Assembly (NCBI RefSeq): GCF_963921235.1
Contig: NC_086097.1
Location: forward strand, 247,444,001-247,508,000
Direction of reading: 5' to 3'
DNA from: Mobula hypostoma
Lineage: Eukaryota
DNA: 64,000 nucleotides
A program made the translations under genes and the position numbers. Below the pieces are notes generated by a model, which saw nothing but the letters and a program-made list of their open reading frames with translations, did no database searches and had not been told where the DNA came from. Below, in pieces: positions 50,312-62,700 of this stretch; the first letter of the stretch is position 1, and every line of letters begins with the position of its first letter.

Positions 50312-50617
50312 AAGTTCAACGTTTAAGGTAAAATTTATTATCAGAGTACATACATGTCACCACATACAATCCTGAGATTCTTTTCCTGCAGGCATACTCA
50401 GCAAATCTGTAGAATAGTAACTGTAAATTGTAAACAAACTGTGCAATTGCAGATATAAGTTGATAGCGATAATTAATGAGCATGAAATAACAATATAACT
50501 GAGTTCCTATATGAGTGTAGCTATCTCCTTTTGTTCAAGAGCCTGATGTTTGAGAAATAGTAACTTCTCTTGAACCTGGTGGTGTGAGTCCTGAGGCACT
50601 TGTACCTTTACCCAGTA

Positions 50618-51325
50618 CATAGAACATAGAACATAGAATAGTACAGCACAGTACAGGCCCTTCAGCCCACAATGTTGTGCCGACCCTCAAACCCTGCCTC
50701 CCATATAACCCCCCACCTTAAATTCCTCCATATACCTGTCTAGTAGTCTCTTAAACTTCACTAGTGTATCTGCCTCCACCACTGACTCAGGCAGTGCATT
50801 CCACGCACCAACCACTCTCTGGGTAAAAAACCTTCCTCTAATATCCCCCTTGAACTTCCCACCCCTTACCTTAAAGCCATGTCCTCTTGTATTGAGCAGT
50901 GGTGCCCTGGGGAAGAGGCGCTGGCTATCCACTCTATCTATTCCTCTTATTATCTTGTACACCTCTATCATGTCTCCTCTCGTCCTCCTTCTCTCCAAAG
51001 AGTAAAGCCCTAGCTCCCTTAATCTCTGATCATAATGCATACTCTCTAAACCAGGCAGCATCCTGGTAAATCTCCTCTGTACCCTTTCCAATGCTTCCAC
51101 ATCCTTCCTATAGTGAGGTGACCAGAACTGGACACAGTACTCCAAGTGTGGCCTAACCAGAGTTTTATAGAGCTGCATCATTACATCGCGACTCTTAAAC
51201 TCTATCCCTCGACTTATGAAAGCTAACACCCCATAAGCTTTCTTAACTACCCTATCTACCTGTGAGGCAACTTTCAGGGATCTGTGGACATGTACCCCCA
51301 GATCCCTCTGCTCCTCCACACTACC
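50618..51325 (-). mobile_element. Young 5'-truncated CR1/HER1 inserted in an antisense Rex1 (about 50312-51895)
   Basis: Uninterrupted frame EEQRDLGVHVH...RVVGAWNALP to the stop; (TTCTATG)n tail. Confidence 0.92.
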
Positions 51326-51924
51326 AGATGGCAGCAGCGAGAGGAGAGCATGGCCTGGGTGGTGACGATCTTTGATGATGGGTGCTGCTTTCCTGTGACA
51401 GCGTTTCAAGCAGATGTGCTCAGTGGTTGGGAGGGTTTTACCCATGATGTACTGGGCCAAATCTATGAGCTTTAGTAGGATTTTCTGCTCAGAGGTATTG
51501 GTGTTCCCATTCAAGGCTGTAATGCAGCCGGTCAGCACATGCTCCACCACACTTCTATAGAAGTTTGCAAAGGTTTTTGATGACATGCCGAACATCTGCA
51601 GGCTCCTGCGGAAGTAGAGGTACTGTTGTGCTTTCTGTACTTAGTCACACAGTCATAGGTGTAAAGCGAGTCAAGCAGGGTGCTAAGTACACATCTCTGC
51701 GGTGGTCCACAATGGAGATTGTGGAGGAGATGCTTTTGCCAATCCAAACTGACTGGGGTCCACAAGTGAGGAAATCCAGGATCCAGTTGCACAAGGGGGC
51801 ATTGAAGCCTAGGTCTTGGAGCTTACTGATTAGTTTTGAGGGGACAATGGTGTTAAAAGTCCAGCTGCAATCGATAAAGAACATCCTGATGTATACATAC
51901 AATTACTACAGTATTGTTTAAAAG

Positions 51925-52750
51925 TCCATAAAACCATAAGACATAGGAGCAAAATTAGGCCATTCAGCCCATTGAGTCTGCTCCGCCATTCCATCATGGC
52001 TGATCCCAGATCCCACTCAACCCCGTACACCTGCCTACTTGCCATATCCTTTGATGCCCTGACCGATCAGAAAACTATCAATTTCTGCCTTAAATATACC
52101 GGAACTTGGCCTCTACTGCAGTCTGTGGCAGAACATTCCACAGATTCACTCCTCTCTAGCTAAAAAAATTCCTCCTTACCTCTGTTCTAAAGGGTCTCCC
52201 CTCAATTTTGAAGCTGTGCCCTCTAGTTCTGCATACCACCTCCATAGGAAACACCCTCTCCACAACCACCCTATCTAGTCCTTCCAACATTCAGTAGGTT
52301 TCAATGAAATCCCCTCGCATTCTTCTAAATTCTAGTGAGTACCGGCCTACAGCTGCCAAATGCTCCTCATGCTATCCCCTTCATTCCCGGAATCATCCTC
52401 GTGAACCTCCTCTGGCCTCTCTCCAATGACAACACACCCTTTCTGAGATTTGTGCAGCCTGACTAGTGTTTTATAAAGCCTCCGCATTATCTCCTTGCTT
52501 TTATATTCTATTCCCCTTGAAATAAATGCCAACATTGCATTTGTCTTCTTTACCATAGACTCAATCTGTAAATTAACCTTCTGGGAGGCTTGCACGAGAA
52601 TTCTTAAGTCCCTCTGCATCTCTGATGTTTGGACCTTCTCCCCATTTAGATAATGGTCCACACTATTGTTCCTTTTACCAAAATGCGATATCATACATTT
52701 TTCAACACTGTATCCCATCCGCTACTTTTTACCCGTTCTTTCAATTTGTC
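51925..52750 (-). mobile_element. CR1 3' portion
   Basis: ORF 52347..52718 KCMISHFGKRN..RDLRILVQ; 3'UTR similar to 39260-39690. Confidence 0.9.
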
Positions 52751-52763
52751 TTAGGCACACTAG

Positions 52764-52811
<48 letters not shown>

Positions 52812-52841
52812 TGTATGTGCCTAGGACTTTGCACGGTACTG
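52748..52841 (+). mobile_element. Left-truncated Tc1-type mini-MITE with an expanded central (TA)n
   Basis: gtcttaggcac-actagc(TA)n-ctgtat-gtgcctaggactttgcacggtactg followed by TA. Confidence 0.8.
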
Positions 52842-52984
52842 TACCTCAGCAGATTTAGAAGGTTTAAGCTTCTGATTTAAGGTTCTGGTGCTACCACAAA
52901 GCTTATTAGCAGACAGCTTTAAATTGAAGCATATCACTCCCCTCACTGATCCCCCTCTGTGATATCTGCTACTCTCTGAATGTC

Positions 52985-53566
52985 GAGCACCTGCACTGGA
53001 TTTCCCAGTGGCCTCCCATTTCACTTCAACTTCCCATCCCATTCTAACTTGTTGATCTATGGCCTCTTCAATAACCACAATGAGACCACTCTTTGGCTGG
53101 AGAAGCAACGACTCATGTTCGGTCTGTGTAGCTCTAACCTGATGTCATGAGCATTACTATCTCTATCGGTAATTTCTTCCCCCCAACTCCCCCTTGAATT
53201 GTTTTCCATTTCCCAGTTTGGCTCTCCTCTCACTCCTCTTCTCCTCCCTTGTCCCTCCTCCTTTCCTTTGTCCCATGGTCCACTCTCCTCTAGCAGGTTC
53301 CTTTCTACTTCAGCCCTTTACCTTTAAACCTATCCCCTCCCGGCTTCTTACTTCATCCCCCCTCCCTCACCTACCTAGCTTCACCTATCACCTTCTTGTC
53401 CTCCTTTCCTTTCCTCCACCTTCTTATTCTGGCTTCATTCCCTTTCCTTTCCAGTCCTGACGAAGGGTCTCAGCCTGAAACGTTGACTGTTCATTCTCTT
53501 CCATAGATGCTGCCTGACCTGCTGAGTATTGCCCTGGATTTCCAGAGCCGGCAGATCCTCTTGAGT
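52985..53566 (+). mobile_element. Penelope-like 3' fragment (GIY-YIG end + pseudo-LTR)
   Basis: DFPVASHF.. and WLEKQRLMFGL remnants; collinear with 7065-7565. Confidence 0.85.
53452..53489 (+). ncRNA. Minimal type I hammerhead ribozyme motif, the best-preserved copy
   Basis: CAGTC-CTGACGA-A-GGG-TCTCAG-CCT-GAAA-CGTT-GACTG: stem I CAGTC/GACTG, CUGANGA and GAAA boxes, 3-bp stem II, palindromic ACGT in place of stem III. Confidence 0.7.
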
Positions 53567-54030
53567 TTATAATAAAAACATATACCTCCTTCAATTTCGA
53601 ACCTAGACAAACGAGATTCTGCTGGTTCAGTACTCTCACGCCGCAGAATGCTAAATTCTGTGAGATACTTGATCAGGGAAAACCACCCATGATAAATGAA
53701 GGGGAATACTGCTTAGACACTCATCGTGTTTTCCCGCTAGCAACAGGTTCAGCAGAGGGCAAAGCCAGTAAATGAAATTTTCCACCAGTACAATACATCA
53801 TCAGGAGGTATATACGCACTTCAAGCTTAAGAAGCTTTCAAAACACAGGTGAGGTGTGAAATGGTAAAAGAACAATATCAGAATTTTTTTTAAAAGCGCA
53901 GCAGCATATCTTGAAAGAAATTACTCTTTTCAGATCACGGGAAAACTTTCCTCATTCAGCTTATGAAGAGCAGTCTGTGATTCTGTTGAAAATCATGTAT
54001 TAATTTAAAGGAAGTTTCTTTATTTTACCA

Positions 54031-54485
54031 GGGAGGGGTAGCACCTCTAGTGAAGGGGCTTGTTGTGCCCATTCTGGGGCAGCTCACTCACCTTTGGTCC
54101 TCACTGGACACTCAGCTCTCACCTGTGGCTCCAGGTAGCTGTTTGCACGTGACAGCGGCCACACCCCAGTACACGGCTTCGACAGGTGGGCGAAACCAGA
54201 ACAGGGTAGCCAGCAGCCTCATACCCCGGTGAGGTAGGGGCATGGCTGTCCTAGCATTCAAAGTCAGCTCCAACGGACTGGGCAGATGAGAGCTACAGCG
54301 AGATCCAATGACAGGAAGGTGGTTCTGCAATGCTCCGTGGAGAGCGAAGGGCATGGCAACGCACAGAAGTCATGGGCATCCACTGCAACCAAGGAAGACC
54401 CCAATTTGTGATGCAATGTTTATTCCACTTTAAAAACCCTCCCGCACAGGTTTCCTGTCATTGTCAGATACGATAGACAACCAGC
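54031..54485 (+). mobile_element. RTE 5'UTR-derived non-autonomous element
   Basis: cacctttggtcc..cactcagctctcacctgtggctcc..cagcggccacacccc resembles vertebrate RTE 5'UTRs (recalled, not searched). Confidence 0.55.
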
Positions 54486-54811
54486 ACTATAAATGACACA
54501 ATCAGCTCATGGTAGAATGAGACTATTCGAGGGATTACTTTGACACCTTTGCACAAATACTTTCCTCCTTCTCAGGCTGTCATAAGTGATCTTCTGCATG
54601 GATATAATATCTGGAAGGTGATGTGTTTCCCCAGAGCACTGATAAAACTGGATGCATTCTGATAGTGAAGTTGCTAGAAAGCCCTTGCACTGTGCAGTAA
54701 TATCTCATCTTGGAGAGAATTCAGCATTTAAATCAGATTACGACAGTGAAGTTATAGATTAAAAATTTAAAGATTAGCTTAATTTAACACATGGACATCA
54801 AAATATTGTAT

Positions 54812-55176
54812 GGCAGGGTGGAGATATATTTGTACCAAAGGAAGTGCAAAGCCCTCCTTCCCTCCGCTCGCCTGCAGGTCACCCTTGGGCAAGGTGTAGC
54901 ACCTGCTTAGCCCCTGATCAGGGTCACGTGAAGTCATAGGAGCAGGTGGTGGATGGTCATATGAGCTGCTGGTGCATATCACAAATCCTGGTTATGTCAC
55001 CACTGATGCCAGGCAGACAGTCTCTGAAGAGTATTGATAATGGCTGGGGTCACCCATCGTATAAAGACACTGACCAGAAGATGGCAATAAGAAACTACTT
55101 CTGTACAAAAATTTACCAAGATCAATCATAGTCAGGGAAAGACCATGATTGACCACATCATATAACACGGCACATG
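54812..55176 (+). mobile_element. RTE-related short retroposon (family B); further copies at 56573-56932 (-) and 59436-59730 (+)
   Basis: Three collinear copies; 3' end gaaggcaatggcaaaccacttctgta resembles BovB/RTE 3' ends; (TGA)n tail. Confidence 0.7.
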
Positions 55177-55423
55177 ACAAACAAACATCAAGACATACAG
55201 TGTCCCACTCCCATCAGGAGGAGCATCCACATGAGAACCACCAAACTCAAAATCAATTACTTTCCCCAAGCAGTAAGGCTGATCAACACCTCCACCCACT
55301 AACCCACCCCACCACACCCCCAACCACCACTACTTTATCATTTCCTGTCAGAGTCATCATATGTACCAATTCTCCCATGCCAAGCATCACTTTATGGAAA
55401 TGCAATCAATCTATGTATATAAG

Positions 55424-56400
55424 GTTCAAGTATATTTATTATCAAAGAATGTATAAATTATGCAACCTTGAGATTTGCTTGCTCATAGGTAGCCACACTG
55501 CAAGAAACCCAAAGGAATCCAATTAAAGAAAAAATCAAATCAAGATAAAAGGCCAAAACTCGATGCACAAGAGAAAGGGAAAAAAAAAATCATGCAAACA
55601 GTATACCAAACCAAAATTGTGTCCACAGATCCGAATCCCGGAGTAGGCCCAAAGCCTTGCTTATCAATTCATTATATTAGCAGGCACAAAGCACAGCAGC
55701 CGGGGCAGTCTTCATAGCCTTAGTGCCATGGAGATGACCATCATGGAGAAAAAGCGAAATTGGCTCTCGTCTTGACCTACATCCTGTCTTTTCAGTCTAT
55801 CTGGGCTGGGATTTAAACTGACCCAACAACGGAATAGTGAAAGGTTCTGGCACCCTGGAGAGAGGATTGAAGATCACAGAGAGTGAGTGAAATTGGCTCT
55901 CGCCTCTGATCTGAGCCAGTGTTTAAATTGTCTAAATTGCAATTGTGTATTGCACCTCGCACTGGGACCCGGCTGCTGCGAAAGACCCCAGGCCTAGACC
56001 CCACCACCCAGCAACTTGTTCCGGGCTCAGGTTCCATTGCCCAGCCCAAAGCTGCTCTCGAGGTTTTCAAATCAGCTTGCAGCCCAGAGCGATCCAACCT
56101 TGCACCCCGGCCAGTTGTATGCGCACCGACTCTCTTTTGCCCCACCTTCTCCTTTCGGCACCCAGAGCAATCCAACCCCACTACAGGGCCAACTATACAG
56201 ATATCGGAACTCCATCTACAACACACCATCTCAGCTCATCCCCTGAACTCACCTTGACATCGCTCGTCCCTTCACTCTTTGTGGTGATAATTTAACACAA
56301 TTTACCTCAGAAAAGCTATTTTTAGGGAAGTTTTTAGTCAGATTTCTTAGCTTTCTGACTACTGGAAAGCTGTCGCACATGTTCGGTGGTGCCATCTTAA
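55424..56400 (-). mobile_element. Non-autonomous retroposon with YY1-motif 5' end and Rex1-type 3'UTR, nested in another Rex1-like 3'UTR
   Basis: Minus strand starts TTAAGATGGC and ends aataaatatacttgaacc; internal duplication of gaaattggctctcg. Confidence 0.6.
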
Positions 56401-57179
56401 TCTTACATGTGTGTAAGCTTTCCTATGTATTTACGTTGATTGCATTTTTTTATTGTGTTCTTTATTTTATTGTTTTTTGTGGGTTGCATCAGATCTGTAG
56501 TAACAAGTATTTGGTTCTCCTTCATACTTGTGTAATGTACATGACATTAAACAATCTTGAATCATAAATCTTCATCATCATCATTATGTACTGTGTCGTA
56601 TTGAGATGGACGATCATGGTCTCATGAACATGATTGTCCTTGGCAAAATTTTCTACAGAAGTGGTTTGCCATTGCCTTCTTCTAGGCAGTGTCTTTACAA
56701 GATGGGTGACTCCAGCCATTATCAATACTGGTGTCAGTGGTCACATAACCAGGATTTGTGATATGCATAAGCTGCTCGTATGACCATTCACCACCTGCTT
56801 CCATGGTGTCACGTGACCCTGATCAGGGGGCTAAGCAGATGCTACACTTTGCCCAAGGGTGAGCTGTAGGTTAACGGGGGGGAAGGAGTGCTTTATACCT
56901 TCTTTGGTAGAGACACATGTCCACCCTGCCACCCCATCCTCATCTTCATAAGGGTCCTGAAATTGTCATGTTCTCAGCACTCGAAACCCTCTTCAAGTTA
57001 ACTACACATAGCAACTCCCAAGGAAAATTATTCCCACAGAATTGTTATCTTTACTATTTCCAGTTCTTCACTCACCATATGAGGGGCCAAAGGCTCTGTC
57101 CCTGTACTTGCTGGAGCTTAGAAGAATCAGAGGGGATCTCATGGAAATCTATCAAACATTGAATGGCCTAGATAGAGTG

Positions 57180-57433
57180 AAACTCTACTATGGACGGTCC
57201 CAAGCCCGACTGCGAAAGGAGGAAGGTGGAGCATGGGGCTAGCAACTCCATCCTGTGGAAGTCCAGCACTGCAGAAATATCAACAAAGGCTCCAAAGTTC
57301 TCATCCCTGGGAGAGGAAGGATCTTCGATGGTCTATACTTTGAAAGACTGGCCCAGGCCAGATGACTCTGGCAAGCTGCTGTCAGCAGCCTATGCCCCAG
57401 TAGGGGCGATGTGCTTAAAGAAGGAGAAGAAGA
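57180..57433 (+). mobile_element. Bipartite RTE non-autonomous element (family C) inserted in a CR1 3' fragment (about 57090-57768)
   Basis: GGACGGTCCCAAGCCCG..GGGGCTAGCAACTCC 5' module; ERLAQAR..WQAAVSSLCPSRG 3' module; GAA tail; perfect 10-bp TSD AGATAGAGTG (57170-57179 and 57434-57443). Confidence 0.85.
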
Positions 57434-58948
57434 AGATAGAGTGGATGGAGAGAGGATGCTTCAGTAAGTAGGGGAGTCTTGGATCAGAGGGCATAGCCTC
57501 AGAATAGAAGGGTGTCCCTTTAGAACAGAAATGAGGAGGAATTTCTTTAGCCAGATAGTGGTGAGTCATTGCAACAGATGGCTGCGGAGGTCAAGTCATT
57601 GGGTATATTTAAAGCGGAGGCTGACAAGTTCTTGATTAGTAAGGGTGCCAAGGGTTACTGGGAGATGGCAGATGAAATGGGATTGAGGGGGATAATAAAT
57701 CTGCCCTGATGGAATGGTGGAGCAGACTCAATGGGCTGAATGGCCTAATTTGGCTCTTATGTCTTATGTATTCAGAATCAGAGCAGAATGCGTGTCAGGC
57801 GCAGATTACTGTTCTCAGACTAACCACGGCCAGCAATGCAAAGATCGACTTTGACAAGACAGCAGAATCTCTCATTTGATTCAATAAAGAAGTCAAAGTC
57901 CATACAGAAGTAGAATAAATCAAACTGCTTTATTTTTCAATGATTGGTCCAGTTTAATATTATCTGTGCTGATGGATAACCTCACCACTTGGGGTATGGA
58001 CTTTGAAAGCAATCCTTTACTTCCTCAAGTTTGAAACCACAAGCAGCACTGTGGTTTGAGGAGATGACATATGATCATATACTGATCTGCTTGTGGTTAG
58101 TAAAATCTGAGACTCTCAAGAGCATTACAGTCAGAATTTCTTCCCCTGGAGTCTCTTTGCCCTGCTAACACATTGAATGAACCTGCCAAAAATATACTTT
58201 ATGTACCAACAATGGGTGCAGTCATCTATACAAAGACTGTTAAGTGCTCAGAGTTAAAGGCTATTAATTAGATTCACCGCAGCCAGGTTTAAATTTACAA
58301 GATCCAAGCTTTTACTGAGCAAGCTTTGAACTTCTCTATTTATCATTAATGTTTCTGGTCCTTTTAACAGCTTTCTTATTAGAGTTTGCAAGCCATGTAA
58401 ACAGCATTCAGACATAGGAGTGTCGCGTCTCACTGGCACTGAGGTTACGGAAAAGGAGTCTGGAGTATGATGTGACAACGGTGACTCTGGTGGGGAGTCA
58501 GCCCAGAAGATAACAACAATAAGGCCACAAGCCTCAGGGTAGAGGGGAGTCCATTTAGAACGGAGATGAGGATGAATTTCTTTCGTCAGAGAGTGCTGAA
58601 TCTGTGGTATTTTTTTGCCACAGGCAGCTGTGGAGACCAAGTCGCTGGGTATATTTAAGGCAGAGGCGGATAGATTTTTGATTAATCGGGGTACGAAGGG
58701 ATATGGGGAGAAGGCAGGAGATTGGGGCTGAGAGGGAAAATGGATCAGCCATGAGGACATGGCGGAGCAGCTCAATGGTCAAATGGCCTAATTCTGCTCC
58801 TGTATCCTATGGTCTTATGATCCATAAGCCACAGGAGCAAAATTCGGGCATTTGGGTCATCGACCCACTCCATCATGTTTGATTTATCTTCCCTCTCCAC
58901 TGCTTTTCCCTGCCTTCTCCCTATAACCTATGATGCCCTTATTAGTAA

Positions 58949-59192
58949 GGCCGGCTGGTGGCACAATGGCATCAGTGCCGGACTCCGGAACGAAGGTTCC
59001 TGTTCGAATCCGAGTCGATTGGCCACTCCCCGAGCACGCTATCCAGCCGTGCCGGGTTGAGCGTCGAGCCTCGTAAAAAAAAGGGGTCGAGTCAGGAACG
59101 TTCACATCGTGACCCAGTTCATCCGAAAGGAGACCAATCCTGACACCACGTGCCAGAATAGCTAACAGTCTGGTGCAACATGATTAAAAAAA
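58949..59192 (+). mobile_element. tRNA-derived SINE (tail type 2) inserted in an antisense CR1 3' end
   Basis: Same head GGCCGGCTGGTGGCACAATGG, B box GTTCGAATCC and body as 36011-36292, with an unrelated tail. Confidence 0.88.
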
Positions 59193-59734
59193 GTCAAGAA
59201 CCTATAAATGTCTGGTTGAAATTCTCCCAATGATTTGGCCTCTACAGTTGCCTACAGAAATAAATTCCACAGATTAACCAGCCTTTGGCTAAAGATATTC
59301 CAGCTCATCTCTGTTCTAAAGGGATAGCCTTCTATTCTGAGGGTGTGCCCTCTGGTTCTAGATTCTCCGCTGTTGGAAGCATCCTCTTCATATCACTCCA
59401 TTTAGGCCTTTGAAATTCTGTAGGCATAGACCAAGGGTGGCAGGAAGGAGACTCGTCTCTACTAAAGGGGGTGTAAGGCTCTCCTTCCCTCCACCAGCCT
59501 GCAGGTCACCCTCAGGCAAGGTGTAGCACCTGCTTAGTGCCCTAATCAGGGACACGTGAAGTCATGGGAGCAGCTGGTGGAAGGTCGTATGAGCAACTGG
59601 TGCATATCACAAATCCTGGTTACGCTGAAGAATATTGATAATTGCTGGGGTCACGTGTCTTGTAAAGACACTGCCCAGAAGGTAGCAAAGGCAACCTAAT
59701 CCTGTTGAAAAAATTGTCAAGAACAATCATAAGA

Positions 59735-62700
59735 GCATAAGACAAAGGAGCAGAAGTCGGCCATTTGGCTCATCGAGTCTGCTCCGCCATTTTATCATGA
59801 GCTGATCCATTCTCCCATTTAGTCCCACTCCCCCGCCTTCTCACCGTAATCTTTGATGCCCTGGCTACGCAGATACCAATCAATCTCTGCCTTAAATACA
59901 CCCAATGACTTGACCTCCACTGCCGCCCGTGGCAACAAATTCCACAGATTCACCACCCTCTGGCTAAAAAAATTTCTTCGCATCTCTGTTCTGAATGGGC
60001 GCTCTTCAATCCTTAAGTCATGCCCTCTCATACCAGACTCCCCCATCAGGGGAAACGACTTTGCCACATCCACTCTGTCCACGCCTTTCAACATTCGAAA
60101 TGTTTCTATGAGGTCTCCCCTCATTCTTCTAAACTCCAAGGAATATAGTCCAAGAGCAGACAAATGTTCCTCATATGTTAACCCTCTCATTCCTAGAATC
60201 ATTCTAGTGAATCTTCTCTGTACCCTCTCCAACGTCATCACATCCTTTCTTAAATAAGGAGACCAAAACTGCCCACAGTACTCCAAGTCAGGTCTCACCA
60301 GCGCCTTATAGAGCCTCAACATCACATCCCTGCTCCTATACTCTATTCCTCTAGAAATGAATGCCAACATTGCATTCGCCTTCTTCGCCACCGGCTCAGT
60401 CTGGAGGTTAACCTTAAGGGTATCCTGCACGAGGACTCCCAAGCCCCGTTGCATCTCAGAACTTTGAATTCTCTCCCCATCTATTTCTTCCATCAAAGTA
60501 CATAACCATACACTTTCCAACTTTGTATTTCATTTGCCACTTTTTTGCCCATTCTCCCATCTAGCCAAGTCTCTCTGCAGACTCTCTGTTTCTTCAGCAC
60601 TACCGGCCCCTCCACCTATCTTTGTATCATCAGCAAACTTAGCCACAAAGCCATCTATTCCATAATCCAAATCCTTGATGTACAACGTAAAAAGAAGCGG
60701 CCCCAACACGGACCCCTATGGAACACCACTGGTAACCGGCAGCCAACCACAATGAGATCCCTTTATTCCCACTCTCTGTTTCCTGCCAATCAGCCAACGC
60801 TCTATCCACGTATGTAACTTTCCCGTAATTCCATGGGCTCTTATCTTGTTTAGCAGCATCATGTACGGCACCTTGTCAAAAGCCTTCTGAAAATCTAAAT
60901 ACACAACATCCACTGCATCTCCCTTGTCTAGCCTACTTGTAATTTCCTCAAAAAATTGCAATAGGTTTGTCAGGCAGGATTTTCCTTTAACGAAACCATG
61001 CTGAGTTCTGTCTATCTTGTCATATGCCTCCGGGTACTCCATAACCTCATCCTTGACAATCGACTCCAACAACTTCCCAACCACCGATATCAAGCTAACA
61101 GGTCTATAATTTCCTTTTTGCTTCCTTGCCCCCTTCTTAATAGTGGAGTGACATTTGCAATCTTCCAGTCCTCCGGTACCATGCCAAAATCTATCGACTT
61201 TTGAAAGATCATTGCTAATGCCTCTGCAATCTCCACAGCTACTTCCTTCAGAACATGAGGGTGCATTCCAACTGGTCTGGGAGGTTTATCTACCTTTAGA
61301 CTATTCAGCTTCCTGAGTACTTTCTCTGTCGTAATTGTGACTGCGCTCATTTCTCTTCTCTGACACCCTTGAGTGTCTGGTATACTGTTGATGTCTTCCT
61401 CAGTGAAGACAGATGCTAAATACTCGTTCAGTTCCTCTGCCATCTCCTTATCTCCTATGACAATTTCTCCAGCATCATTTTCTATCAGGCCTATATCTAC
61501 TCTGACCTGTCTTTTATTCTTTATATACTTGAAAAAGCTTTTAGTATCCTCTTTGGTATTATTTGCTAGCTTCCTTTCATAGTTCATCTTTTCCCTCTTA
61601 ATGACCTTCTTAGTTTCCTTTTGTAAGGTTTTAAAAACTTCCCAATCCTCTGTCTTCCCACTAATTTTTGCTTCCTTGTATGCCCTCTCCTTTGCTTTAA
61701 ATTTGGCTTTGACTTTTCTTGTCAACCACAGTTGCATCCTTTTTCCATTCGAAAATTTCTTCTTTTTTGGAATATATCTGTCTTGCATCTTCCTAATTTC
61801 TTGCATAAACTCCAGCCACTGCTGCTCTGCCGTCCTTCCTGCTAGCATCTCTTTCCAGTCAACTTTGGCCAGTTCCTCTCTCATGCCACTGTAATTTCCT
61901 TTACTCCACTGAAACACTGACACATCGGATTTTGGCTTCTCGTTCTCAAATTTTACAGTGAACTCAATCATGTTATGATCACTGTCTCCTAAGGGTTCCT
62001 TCACCTCAATCTCTCTAATCACCTTTGGTTCATTACACAATACCCAATCCAGTACAGCTGATCCCCTAGTGGGCTCAACAACAAGCTGTTCTAAAAAGCC
62101 ATCTTGTAGACATTCTACAAATTCTCTCTCTTGAGATCCAGTGCCGATCTGATTTTCCCAATCCACTCGCATGTTAAAATCCCCCACAATTATCATAACA
62201 CTGCCCTTCTGACAAGCCTTTTCTATTTCCTGTTGTAATTTGTAGTCCACATCACTGCAGATGTTTGGAGGCCTGTATATAACTGTCATCAGGGTCCTTT
62301 TACCCCTGCGATTTCAGCTCAACCCATTCTGCACCTTCCGATCCTATGTCACCTCTTTCTAATGATTTAATATCATTTCTTACCAATAAAGCCACACCAC
62401 CCCCTCTGCGTACCTGTCTATCCTTCTGATACACCGTGTATCCTTGGATGTTCAGCTCCCAGAGCCATGCATCCTTTAGCCACATCTCAGTGATGGCCAC
62501 AATATCATACCTGCCAATCTGTAGCTGTACGACAAGATCATCCACCTTATTCCTTATGCTGCGTGCATTAAAGTATAACACCTTAAGACCAGTATTTGGT
62601 ACTTTTTGCTTTGATTGCACTGCAACTCATCCCAATGGCTGCAAATTTGCCCCACCACCTGCCTGTCCTACCTGACATCTTTACTGCTGACTATCTTAGA

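Noticed and set aside
50687..51595. 302-aa ORF that looks like a novel Rex1-CR1 fusion protein
   Set aside because: Accidental in-frame junction where a 5'-truncated CR1 inserted into an antisense Rex1; lacks the RT core.
54031..54200. HDV-like ribozyme at an RTE 5' end
   Set aside because: I could fold nested stems (TGTGGC/GCCACA, GCTGT/ACAGC) but not the P1/P1.1/P3 double pseudoknot; an RNArobo or Infernal search would be needed.
53747..54627. Possible small exons near 53747-53807 and 54576-54617
   Set aside because: Acceptor-like sites exist, but the donors are weak and the peptides unrecognisable; not supportable without RNA data.
59853..62675. Plus-strand ORFs over the CR1, and similar antisense ORFs elsewhere
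   Set aside because: Antisense shadows of LINE ORF2.
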